A stretch of DNA of 64,000 nt, taken from Tubiluchus corallicola (taxonomy: Eukaryota > Animalia > Priapulida). Positions 41,001 through 52,803 of the stretch are shown in pieces. The position numbers were made by a program, and so were the translations under genes. Each line of letters begins with the position of its first letter. The first letter of the stretch is position 1. The notes under the pieces are model-generated. The model had not been told where the DNA came from. It saw only the letters and a list, made by a program, of their open reading frames with translations, and made no database searches. Location: the NCBI GenBank assembly GCA_030141605.1, contig JAQGDQ010000206.1, positions 124,001 through 188,000 on the forward strand, in the 5' to 3' direction.

Positions 41001-44000
41001 AAGAATATGTGACGAAAATCATTTTGAAGTCCTTTTACGCAAAAATACTTTTAACCTTCGTCAGCGAATTTTAAATTTAAATCATACGCAGTTTTGTTCA
41101 TAATATTGATACCATTTTAATTTCGAATACATTTGCCCATTGGGAATATACACTTACTAACCCTATTTACATATTTAGCTTGCTAGTTCTCTGTTCTTTG
41201 TGTAAATATTTATTTTATTGGTCTTGTCGAAATATTTTAAATTGTGATTTTTAACTATGCTTTGTTTATTATTCTATGGTACTTTTTGTGTACTGAAATA
41301 AAGGCAAAATAAATAAATAATAATAATTATTATTATTTTGTTTGTGTCAAGCCTTTAAATTCCAACACACCATAAACACTTTGATCGTATCATACTTTGC
41401 GTCTGCCGCACCACAAGCAGTTATTTTCCTACAATGTATAAGTAGTTGTCGATAAATTTTAGCTAAACAGAAAATTTAATTATGGTGCTCGAAAGCAGTA
41501 GTTCTTACATGCACTTTCCTAAAAACGCATTACTTTTTAAGTTTAATTGCTTAAAACCGCAAGAGAAAAAACAGCAAAAATTTTTGAATTTGAAAATTAT
41601 CAGTTAGTAGTAGTATAATCTTTATTTTGCCTTTTTAAACACATTGACCCGTCATAAAAAAGACAAACAATCAGTGTTAGTTCACATAAAAACACACTAT
41701 TACGGGCAAATGCATCAGGTGAAAACTAAACTATAAGTGCAAACTAGATATTCAAAAATAAAAGATAAACTACAAACACACAATACACTATGATAAAACT
41801 ACACACATTTCTCTTTTTTATTCCATACACGTTCACGCACCCATCCACCCTCAAACGCACGCACGCAGTAGAATTACCACGAAGTTCTCACTCGTCAGAA
41901 ACATTTGGTCTGCGAGTCATGTGTACAGGTCAACAAAAGTACACATAGTACTCACCAAGGATAAGAGACTAGAGAAGAGGAGAAGAGAAGAAAAAGGAAG
42001 AGACAGAAAGAAAGACAAACGGAAAAAAGAGATGGGTCAACAAAACTAAGCTTACCTCCTTGTTCTTTTAGCACCTCCTCGCCACCAGGGTGCTGAAAAA
42101 AACAAAATGGTCGTTTAAATTCTAGTTGGATATTATTTTTTACTGTTTTTGTATAGCAGTGTTGAATATTGAGGACAAAGCTACTATAACTTAAAAAAAA
42201 AATCACACAGTCTCCTTTCACGCAGCTCATCTTGAAGGATCCAAATTTGTAACACTAGCTAAGCTTAAATTTATTCTAATTTCAATTACTAATTTACTAC
42301 TAATCTTTGTTTACGTGTATACATCACAATGTTTCACGTTTTTTAACAAAAAGGTAGTTACTTTGAGTTTCCAGCAAGTACTATGTTTATTTAACTTTAT
42401 GGAACTTATTTGTGTCAAATAAATAATACATAAATAAATACCCTCATTTCACTATGTGTCATAATTCATATAATATGTTATGTATGTATATAATAATTAT
42501 GTATAATAATTCATGCTAATTTTACAAAACGTGTTTGCCTACGTGTAGGTTGTATTTGCAAATGATAAAAAGTTAATATTTATTTAGTTTTAAAACAAAT
42601 AAAGATTAGCAGTATTTTTAATAAAAGTCAAAATAAGTTTATAATAGGTCTACTAGGCTTATATTAACTAAGATAGTGACTGAAAGAAAAAAAACTAATT
42701 AAATTAATAAATCAGAAAGCAATAAAATCATGTAGAAAAGCAGAAATCAAAGAGAAAAAATATATTTACTAGCATTTGAATAAGTAAGTATTATTATCAT
42801 GCGAGGGTAAAGATTTTTTGTCATAAAATTGTTTAAATTTAGTTAGTAAGACACAATATTATTAAAACAAGGCACAGTTAATTGCATTTTTCCGCAACAG
42901 AGCGCGCCACCTGACAAAGCGTAAAATTTTCTGGAGCAGCAGACTAGAGTTAATGAAAGTTCACGAGCAAGGTTCTTATGACCCAAATTTCGAAGACGTA
43001 AGCAAAACATTTTCAGACAAAACTCCAGACAGCAGTTACGTCTTTAAAACGGCTACAGATTCTTTGCAAACATCTCACGATAGGCAGTGCATATTACGAA
43101 ATACTGGGCTTTTATAGCTGGACTCCTTGCTTTAAGATTTTCATGGGTTTATAGGCTGTTACAGCTATTTTTGTATCAGAACCGATTATAGTCATGTCAT
43201 GTTATTTATTGGTTTATCACAAAAAATCCATTGTTGTGCATGTAAAGTTCATCTAAAGACCAAACGAACGGTCAGATACAATCCGGGAATATCCGCTTGA
43301 AATAGTAGGAAAACCGGGAAAAGTTTACCCGACCCACTAAACTGTTCGGGACGTCTTACATCACTTTCACCTATACGTGACCCACCGTTTAACTTCCGCG
43401 GTGTGCCAGTTGCACCCCGTGTTACGTGTGCACGAAAGTAGCGCGCCCTAGTGACATTTCTGTGAAAACGAAAGTTCAAAAGTTAAATTTATAACCTCAT
43501 TTAAATTCACTAAACTTACAGCGAACACGATGACCGCTCTGACTCTTAGTTTTGTACGTCAGGTTTTTCAAATTTTTCAAATAATGAAACAAATCTGCCC
43601 AAGAACTGGCATAAAGGTAGGCTGCACATGAGAAATTGTAAAGACCAACAAAAAATTGTAAAGAAAGTGTACATAGTCAGTCGAGGACTAAAATGATATA
43701 TTGTTACAAAAAACATGGGTTTCCAACTAGGATTACTTTACACAGAAAAATGGAACCATAGCCTACTGCACACTTCAGTACTTCGGTACCATTTTCAAAG
43801 TTAAAAGCAAAAACACGACTGCTTTTCAAAATAAACCGTTTAGTACTTGTGCAATGGCTCGAGAAACCCTTGAGAGAACAAAAACATTAGTTTTCTTTAA
43901 TGCTAAAATGTCGCTAAAGGCGCGTTCAGACTAGCGAGTTTTCTTGCCAAGTTAACTCGCCCAGTAATTCGCAAGGTTGATCAGACTACACAGCAAAATT

Positions 44001-46912
44001 TGCTGAGAGTTACTGTCTGACAGTAAGCGCAAGCTGACTCAATTCTCTACTCACTGCGAGAAATGTCGAGAGTAACTCGCTAGTCTGAACGCGGTGTGAG
44101 AATCATCAGATATTTGTAAAGCAGGTCGTTTGCAACTTGCAAGTTTCATGTCTTCACTTAGACTTATTTCAGTGGCCGTTTTGCTCACGTCTGCTACAGC
44201 AATCGAGGCCTAATTTTTCAACATTAACTGTTTATTATTTGAACAACTAGCACAAAGTCCGCTGTCTTCATGACAGAATGATCACGACTTCAAACTCTGT
44301 GAAGATAGCTATGTTCAAACACATGATATAATACAAACGGCTAACGTATTTGTATTAAAGGAAAACGAGACCAAATCTATAGCTCAAAACAATCTACCAT
44401 ATAAAATATCGCAAGAAACATACTGTAACGGATCCGGGTCCTTTCCATGCGCCGATCCGTCTCAGGATGTATAGAGCGGCATACAAGTTATGAAATACTT
44501 TACAGCAGACGAGAAAAGTAAAAAGATACGAAATGCGAGTGTAAATTTAACTTTATTGCACAACCGGTAACTCCAAAAGAATGACATGTGAACAGACTTT
44601 GGTATAAAATGAGCAAACCTACAGCATTCACCTTTACAGACAGAAAGGCCAGGTTGGAATCGTCAAATTACGGCATGCATTCTGTTTTATACAGGTACAT
44701 TTGCATTACTGGGCTTCTCGACTATACCCATTACTAACATTAGAGGGTTGGTCAAATCTGCCTTCGTAACAATACTGTTTTTTTCAAGAACTAGTTACGT
44801 AAAAGAATTATTAGGCCTACCACAGGAACGTAATTTTGCGTTCGTGTAACTGGTTTTTTGCTGTTACATGTATGCATTTCACCATGTGCTAGTAACTCTA
44901 TTTCTGAACTTGTCACTGAAAGGCAACAGCAAAAGTCACATTGATTTGCAGTAAATATTCATTGTTGTATTTTTGTTTTTGGGTGACATTCATGTTTTTC
45001 TGGTTTTGTTCTTTGAACGCAGTGATGCATGCTTCATTTTGTGCACTAACAATAATACAAATATGTATTGAATTTGAAAAAACATTTTTTATATTTCCAA
45101 CTACGAAGGGTTCGGTGAATGCACGTACAAAACTTGCTGGACACTAGCGCCTATATCTCAGAAATCCGTTTCACAAAAGCAGGCGGTGTACCTCTCAGTT
45201 CGGAGGTGTTCAGTTATGACGTAATGCACACGTACGAAGCCTCATGCGTAAGCACACTCAGCCAGCGGTAAAGCTCCAATGTGAATTTTAAAGCCGAATT
45301 TTTGTATACCACACAGAATGTTGTACTGTAGCACAGCACTTGAATTTACGCTTTTGCAAACAAATGCAACCTGCTCAGAAAATGTTTGTTGTACTGTAGA
45401 AAATTATGTTCAGTTGTGACGTCATCACTAGCTGAGCTCTCCCGTCGTTAATTAAGCGTTTAATCTATTAATTAATTATCATAATCGTTTAGCATCATTA
45501 TGGGTGTTAAAATGTATGTTTTTACCGTAATTCAAAATGTGGTAGGAAGTAAAAAACTATCCCGTTTGTCTTTAAAAAAATTACGAAACTTGTCAACATT
45601 AAAACATAGTTAAAAGGAAAAAATGTACATAGGACTCAAGCAGGCCTATAGATTATGATTCAGTACAGGCACATCTATATAGCCATTATAAAAAATAAAC
45701 TTCAAAATCTGAAAAAACGTATATAATTTGATTATACACACACATATATATGTACATACAAGTATATCTTTATTGTACAACTAATGAATATAAGTTTAGT
45801 AACTGCAATTAGCCGTACTTGTCTTAACGCAGGAACATTAATATCAATTTACAACGCCAAGAAAATACGAAGCCACATTTGTAAAATAACAGGCTAGAGA
45901 TTTCATACTTGTGCGCTTATGATAAAAACAATGTCTGACAATAACTTGATATGAATCCATTATCGAGGTTAAACTTGCGAACTGCATAACATAATAAAGT
46001 TAGATAAATCACTTATAGTTCTTTAATTCACTTTATACCTTTGATAATTTACCTTTTTTAAATTCTAGTTTCACAAACTCATGATTTTTCGGGGTTTCGC
46101 GTACGTGTCTACAGTATCAACCACATCAACAGATTGGGGCGCATCTGGGAGGGGTTTTTGAGACGAAGCCCAAAACAGAAAACTGTGCGTTTTTATTCTC
46201 TAATTTTGAAGCACGCGAACATATATTATCAATCGTCTATAACTTACTTATACTTATAACAAAGTATAACATTAACATTCTGCATTTGCGTGTTTATAAA
46301 TCCCCTGACATCAGCACCGTTCAATGGCAATGAAGGTGACCCGCGCTAGCTACGTTTTCTTATTGTTTTTGATTCAATAACGACCATTTTAGACTGGGGC
46401 AGACGTGACAAACATAAACCCCCTGTTTGTATGGGGTATACAGTTAAAAATGTCTGAAGATGCAGAAAAATGGCTATTCTTTGCTCCGGGACCTCTTTGT
46501 CCCAAAGGTTATTCTAAGTAATCCGCCACTGGATTGTATCATGAAGCAATAAAAATCATAATTTTAAATGCCTTAATTTGTAAATAACTTAATTTTTCGG
46601 CTTTTGCAAATCAGTAATTTTTTACAACAATAATGCAACTGGAAAATAGTTAAGATCGTTTCGACAAGTAGCAATCTCACGCGTGAGGATAAGTTGAATC
46701 AAAACGAATTCTGCACAAAATTTCGCATAATTTAAAATAGGACTTAAATTTTGTAGGATAATAAAATCAAGTCAGCTTACCGTTAAAATAAATTGCGTCA
46801 CATCGTACACTTTATTATGTATCAGTACCCAGCATCTTGCTTTCGAATGGCTCTTCTCAATTTCGGACATGCGAATGTAATTAATGTCCGTGCCTTTCTT
46901 TTCTTCGGGCAT
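30510..46912 (-). CDS. CYB5: Cytochrome b5, membrane-anchored form, simplest model complement(join(30510..30583,39232..39256,39597..39623,40641..40732,42056..42092,46781..46912)), 128 aa
   Basis: Heme-binding motifs [22 protein letters not shown] and [10 protein letters not shown]...YIGDL, plus hydrophobic tail [23 protein letters not shown]. All junctions are GT-AG and phase compatible. The heme domain is certain; the last two exons are inferred. Confidence 0.85.
30815..31735. repeat. Tetranucleotide tracts (CCTA)n, (AGTA/AGCA)n, (GGTA)n
   Basis: Direct reading. Confidence 0.9.
39232..39256 (-). CDS. CYB5: Cytochrome b5 candidate micro-exon 5 (ETTAQPIA)
   Basis: ctttccacag|...CAG|gtaatg, 25 nt; phase 0 to 1 links to the TM exon. 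Confidence 0.55.
39597..39623 (-). CDS. CYB5: Cytochrome b5 micro-exon 4 (EDRKEKDVY)
   Basis: ctttcag|...|gtaagt, 27 nt; continues the D/E-D-R pattern after the heme domain. Confidence 0.8.
39772..40652. repeat. 36-bp minisatellite (~24 units, three 26-bp variants) built from the cytochrome b5 exon 3/intron junction
   Basis: Unit gctaaattagcagacttaggtgctgtacttacaaga; the minus strand reads ...atttagc(a/t)ctt GTAAGTacagc... Confidence 0.95.
40641..40732 (-). CDS. CYB5: Cytochrome b5 exon 3 ([31 protein letters not shown])
   Basis: atttag|...CTC|gtaagt; contains the second heme ligand in GHS. Confidence 0.95.
42056..42092 (-). CDS. CYB5: Cytochrome b5 exon 2 ([12 protein letters not shown])
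   Basis: ttttcag|CAC...G|gtaag; contains the heme-ligand HPGG. Confidence 0.95.
43918..44093. mobile_element. Short PIF/Harbinger-like MITE containing one monomer of the 138/139-bp satellite
   Basis: Inverted ends CGCGTTCAGACTAGCGAGTT / AACTCGCTAGTCTGAACGCG; related longer copy at ~7910-8224. Confidence 0.7.
44424..44771 (-). mobile_element. Solo LTR (Gypsy-like, 348 bp) in cytochrome b5 intron 1
   Basis: TGTAACG...CGTAACA (TG..CA) ends, 4-bp TSD atac, minus-strand TATAAAA (~44685) and AATAAA (~44552). Confidence 0.7.
46781..46912 (-). CDS. CYB5: Cytochrome b5 exon 1 ([44 protein letters not shown])
   Basis: aaaATG start, ACG|gtaagc donor, b5 N-terminal motif. Confidence 0.93.
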
Positions 46913-47029
46913 TTTGAAAGTTTAAAAATGTACAGCAGGTCGCCTCGTACTATAAAATACAGCAGCTCGATCGCTATCACAGATCAAAATGTACTTTGCC
47001 TCGTGTTGCCAAATTTATTTTAGGACCGA

Positions 47030-47125
47030 TAGTGGCTCCGCCAATCTTACGTAATCGCCTACTAACCTGGTGGCTTATTAAAAAAATCGTTTGTGGAACG
47101 GAAGTAGCGGCGCGCGTGAGGGAAG
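47030..47125 (-). promoter_or_regulatory. Candidate cytochrome b5 proximal promoter
   Basis: CCAAT (~47041), ETS-like CGGAAGT (~47099) and a CpG-rich patch 130-210 nt upstream of the ATG. Confidence 0.4.
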
Positions 47126-48248
47126 TGTGAGTGAAAGTAAAGGGTTACCGTGTTATGCGCAAATTGCGTTCCTAATCACGTAATTTACATTCGACTAAAT
47201 GCCAACTTTCACTTCACTAGTAACGTAGCTTTTTATAGTCTTTCTCTCCCCTCCCTCCTTGCTCTTTTTTCACGCTCCTCCATTTTTCGTCCTCTCTCCT
47301 TTTCTCCTTCCCTTCTCTCTTTTCCTTTCCCTTTCTCCCCTTCTCTTCTCTTCCTTTTCACCCTCTTCCCTTTCTCAACCTGTTTCACTCTCCTCCTACT
47401 TTCTTCCTTTCTTGTCTTTCCCGTTATCATTCCCTTCTCTCTCTCTCTTGCTTTCCCTCTCTCCCTTCGTCTCTCTCTCTCTGTGGAAGTTGTAATTGTA
47501 CATTTTTAGGTGCTGCCATCTACGAACTAATCCTGTTACTCTACCAGCTACTTACCCCCAGTATAATGCATTCACTGGAACTCTCCCTATTTTAAAGTAA
47601 TGGTTTTTGTGAAGCCTGTCTGCATGAGTCACCTATACCTATATATACTGACTGGTTTTACTTTCTAGTCAGTCTCTAACTCTCAGTGTTCAGTGCAGGA
47701 CACTGTCATTCACAGTGTTCAGTGCAGCAGTCATTCTACTCATGTGTCTGTAGTTAATAAACACTTATCTGTGCAAATATCTATTATAGTTTTTTATTCT
47801 TCTTCTACAAAGTGAGTGATCTACAACTTTAAACATGACTTTCACACACTCTCTCTCTCTTTTTCTCCCTCCCTCCCATGCATGAAACTAAGACAAGGCT
47901 TATCAAGTGCAATAAAGTGTATTTTATTTTATTTTATAATAATAATAATAATAACCAGATTTGCAATTTTTAAACGCACAGCAATACAGTCTTAATAAAC
48001 ATTTATACATTGTAATGCACTGATGCAACAGTGGTAAAAGAAATATGTACTTTGTCTATGGTTCTATTGCAAATGAGTCAAAGCTACTACACTACATATA
48101 TGCACTAATTCTACTTCCAAGCCACTAAAACGAACTATAAGTGTTAAACGCTTAGTACGATCTAAAGTTAACCTATTTAATTAAACGCCTTTTGCAAACG
48201 AATATTCTTAATCAAGAAATGAGGATTATTTTTTAACGCTTGGAACTC

Positions 48249-48285
<37 letters not shown>

Positions 48286-50258
48286 GTGTTTCCATTTCAA
48301 GTGATGCATAAAATCAGCATTCTTTTTTGAACAGTTTACCAATAGATGGTGCCACTTACTGCAGCTGATACCAGTTGATATGCGCAGCTAAGCATGCCAT
48401 GCTGCATCTTATCGCTTGAATGGTAAGAAGTTAAATATGTTTTTTGACTAATTCCAAATTATATAACCGCTTAATTAGCACACAATGCATGTTCCATTAC
48501 ATAAAACTTTGTGTGTTTTCCACGTGCAGTATTAGCTTGTTCATTGCTACAGAACATTGGAAGGCAAGAATTATAGGCATAATAATTAATTAGTTTGTGT
48601 AATTATAATAGTTACTATCAAAGATTCATGAGCTTTAAGAGTTAAACCTGACATTGTTCTCTAGTAAAGTGTGACAGCAAATACAGTACTCATTCCTCGA
48701 TCAGGTTTCGTAGTATAAATCGTTCATCTGTGTGTCAGTTTTCAGTGGGAACTTCTAACAGACAAATTAGACATACCTAAGGGGGAAGAAATGGAAATTT
48801 CAAAGTATGTCCCAAAGAACTTACTATACAAAGATGCATTACTTAGCATTACATTTACCGGTTTGAAAGACTTACGTAACTGGAAAAGAAAATTCTCAGT
48901 AATTTAAATGTTCACACCACCTGGTAAAACTTCACTGCATCGCCATCCCAGTGTGCACCACTGACTCACCAGGAAACACGTTGTTGATCTTGCTGACAGC
49001 ACAAAGTAAATTAAGCCTTTGTTTAGTTAGTGAGAAGTGCGCCACGAATGTTCTGACTATTTTTCAAACTTTACGCAATGCTAACTAAACTTGTTTCAAA
49101 TAACTTGACCATTAAAATGGCTGCACCTAACGGTCGTCGTGAGTTTAAATTTACAAGTTTTATACGGCATTACTGCTAACACAAGCTCTGTATGAAATAA
49201 AACAGCACGTAAATGATACAAAATTTAAAGGCAAGTTATTTTAAGCTTTATTTAATAAAGAGTATTTTCTTGTGTTTTAATAATACAATTTAGATCAAAA
49301 ATTTTCAAACAGTCATCTTAATTTTTAAAATAAAATTGCTTAAGTTACAAAATCATAGTGTTTACACACAGCACTGTTCCTAATGTGAGCATAGTCAGTC
49401 ACAATGAATTAATATAGAACTTATTGCAGCATATATACTTCTTTTTTAATTAATATCAAGTCTAAGAAATATGTACAACACACATGAACCATCCACTGCT
49501 ACTTCTATTGAATATAATAATATGCATAAGCACCCACAATATGAATCAATCCCCATTGAATAAATACAGATTTAGTATACTGAAATTTTACTAGCAAGAA
49601 TTATACAATTAAGCATCATACTTTACAGGTGTTTACAAACTTAACATTTTAAATAAGTTTTAATTTAAGTGAATTTCATAAACAGAAAATTAGGCAGATC
49701 TTGAAGCAAAATTAATACCTTAATGTCATACAAATTTGCAGAATTTTTCATTTTTATCATTAGATGGCTCCACAAGCATACTGCAACGCTGCAGCAAACT
49801 GTTTACACTCTAGTGTTGCCACCTACAAAACTTATCCTTTAACAAATAGCAGCTACCTCAACTTTAAATAATTTAATATCCAACAAAATGAGATAAGAAA
49901 ATCCCTGCAAAAATTCATTTTGTCTTTTTTAAATAATACTGAAATTTAAATAACCCTTTAATTAAGTTGGCACCCAGAAAAATACACATTTGTAGACCTT
50001 GCGCAACTGACATTAAACATATTCCTCTGAAACAGTTAATGTAGCAAAGTTGCATGCGCTTCAAAAAATGCAAAAATTGACCTGTGTTTGCTTACAGTCA
50101 TAGTGTTTGCTTACAATCTATAAAATAATTGCTTCAATTCTAAATTGTTTAATTTTCATTCACAATGTAACAGTGTAATGCATTATGCATATCAAATCAG
50201 AAATTCTTTTTGTCAATAGGAACACCACACTCAACTAATCAAACTTATTTGTAATAAA

Positions 50259-50620
50259 AAGGGCCGGATTATGAGCTTTTTGGGTCACTGTGCTAATGAA
50301 ATTAATGACCCCCCCCCGATATGGAGCCACCCTCAAACTTGCCTGCACCCATCTTGAATATTATTTACTTAAGACATCTTTTAGCGACATTCATTCACAC
50401 AGCTTGAAGTAAACTTATTGCAAATTCTTTAAATAAACTAGGATAGTTATCTTTTGTTTGTCGATAAAAATACTCTTTAAGAAATACCACTGTTTTACTA
50501 TTTAATGAAAACAATTAGCACGTATTTCAACACAGTCGTGGATTTCTTTACCAAATATCACCAAAGTTTGAGAGGCCCTAGTCTGCAGCCTATACTAGCC
50601 TACAGGATAACCCGGCCCTG
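50259..50620. mobile_element. Old hAT-like MITE
   Basis: AGGGCCGGATTAT / ATAACCCGGCCCT ends, degenerate 8-bp TSD (gtaataaa/gtaacaga). Confidence 0.6.
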
Positions 50621-51539
50621 GTAACAGAATGGTAAATTTGAAACGTTAATAAGTGAGCGGGTGGACACAGGTAAATCACTGTTGCAAGATGCATCTGTCT
50701 CAGTTTTTTTTTAACATTTTGGATTTTCTGTCACTACGAATGAAACAATTCACAAGCTGGCGAGTCGCTAAAATGCAAAAAGTTAACTGTAAATACAGTA
50801 GATTCTGTTCATTAGACTCACGGTAATATAATTGGTCGCCTAATTGTCTCAAAAACGTCTAGTACGGACCGCTCATATTCAAATATATGTAAAAAACTGA
50901 CGGCAATTGACTCCCGCGTTTATGACTGAATATTTTCGCTTCACGTACTTAAAATAAGACATTTATGTGTGACCAGAAAGCTTTTACTAGTTTTATATCA
51001 TCTTAATTAGCATTTGTGCACCATAATATATGTAGAAACAACCATGATCACTACAGCTTAGTAGTAATGCTACACCCGTCGGCTAATAGATTCATTCAGT
51101 TAATTGGATCAAAACACTTTCATACCAAAGTGAGTTTAATAAGCGGAGTAGTGTACATTCCGAAACAAATTCGTTTTGCGGCAAAAACGTATGATTTTTT
51201 TTCCAAAATAAATATATACAAAGAATCATATTTGTTCAGCCTGTTTCCTTTGAATTGCATTGTGTGAAAAAACAAGAATAAGAACCTTGAAATATCATAA
51301 ATATGCTGAATGTTTCCCCTCCACCCTTTTCAATAACAGAATAAGTATTTGTTACTGTAAATGGTAACTAATATCCAGTTCTACTATGCATAGTTACAAA
51401 AAAGCTTTTTCTGTGACATAAAAAGAGTTCGAGTTATTGCATAACACTCCTTTTCTGAAGCAATATCTTGTGTACCACTTGATCAAAGGTCTTGCATATT
51501 GCTTAGCTGAGTAATTTTGTCTAGTTTAAGATGAATTGG

Positions 51540-51770
51540 GCATATGCATAGACTACCTGATGATATATCAGTGAAGATAGCTTCTCAACAAGCCATAGAA
51601 CCAGCTAAACAACCTACAGGAGGACAAATGTTAACAGACTTAGATTTTGCACAGAAAGATTTAAACACTTCAGCATTGATCCTCAGAAATAAATGCACTT
51701 GGGGCATTGCGGGAAGCAGGGAGTCCTGGCATAAGGAGGTGAGCAGAATCATGTCCCTGGACGTATGATT
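51540..51770 (+). mobile_element. Degraded RTE-like LINE 3' remnant
   Basis: Peptide MHRLPDD...K.A......K.P.GG..LT......KDL.........W..A..R..W resembles RTE ORF C-termini. Confidence 0.5.
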
Positions 51771-51805
51771 CATTGGATGATAGTACACAAAAAGAAAGTA
51801 TGCAT

Positions 51806-52370
51806 AGGGTGTCAGGAAATGATAGCCCCGCCATACTTAAAAGTGATCGTAGGTAAATATACATGTATTTCTTATTATTTTAATTATTACAATATTAGTT
51901 ACTTAATTCTTTTTTAAATTTTTTCAACTTCATATTGTCAGAAATCAAAAATCCACAAAGTTCTTGAATGAAGTGATGATTACCATTGAGAAACCAACAT
52001 GAACTGTATCCCGCCTGTTTCTCCCTAACTCCGAACTGTGATTAACAGTCATTCTAGATATTAAAACACGTCTTATACTCAAAATGATCTAGGTATTATG
52101 GCAAGTGTCCTTTAATCTAAATCAAATGTTCCTTCTAATGGTTTTGTCGATTTTTATATGTTTTTTGTTTCTTCATTACAGAGGGAGGCAAAAGTTTTCC
52201 GATACCCGAGGAAGGCAGTCATTTCCTAACACTCGAGGGAGGCAATTGTTTCCTCACACCCAAAAGAGGCAAGCATTTCCTGACACCCAAAAGAGGCAAG
52301 CATTTCCTGACACCCGAAAGAGGCAATCATTTCCTGACACCCACGGGAAGCACTCGTTTCATGACACCCC
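51806..52370. mobile_element. TIR element whose right terminus is multimerised as a 27-bp tandem repeat
   Basis: Left GGGTGTCAGGAAATGA; right side has ~7 copies of (gaggcaag)CATTTCCTGACACCC at 52180-52370. Confidence 0.6.
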
Positions 52371-52717
52371 AAAAAAATCTAAGGAAAAAACTCGAATTTG
52401 CCAAGAGATTTGAACATGCAAAAAAAGAAATTGAAATAAACTGCATGCAAACAATATATTATAATCCAATTTTGATTCTACATTTAATTACCCCTTCAAA
52501 AATATAGTACAAAATGAAAGACCACTTCTAAGACAGTTAATGTCAAAACACGATACACGTGTAAAACACAAATTATCTGATGTTCCGATAACAAAATGTT
52601 GATTCCTCGCCAAAAGTAATCCGTACGTCAAGCAATCTGTGTCAAAGAGAGAAACGCCGTTACCGTGAAGAAAAAAGGTTCCCCCCAACTTATTCGCGTC
52701 TTGCGTCTGTTCGGGGT

Positions 52718-52803
52718 TTATGCTGGACCCTCAACATGGCTGATTTTCATAGTAACGTAGTAAATTGCTCGGAAAACGAATAGCAAGCCGATACCGTAGA
52801 GAA
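52718..52803 (-). CDS. TMEM55: TMEM55 terminal exon ([28 protein letters not shown])
   Basis: ttttgcag| acceptor, TAA stop, family-typical R-x-x-Y-Y-x-x-M-K-I/V-S end. Confidence 0.92.

Noticed and set aside
47482-47834. Possible second solo LTR upstream of the b5 promoter (TGT..ACA ends, TATA-like and AATAAA motifs)
   Set aside because: No TSD and ambiguous ends; not supportable without other copies.
48690-48790. Candidate last TMEM55 exon (acceptor near 48777)
   Set aside because: The family-typical terminal exon with stop is at 52718-52803; this segment shows no homology.
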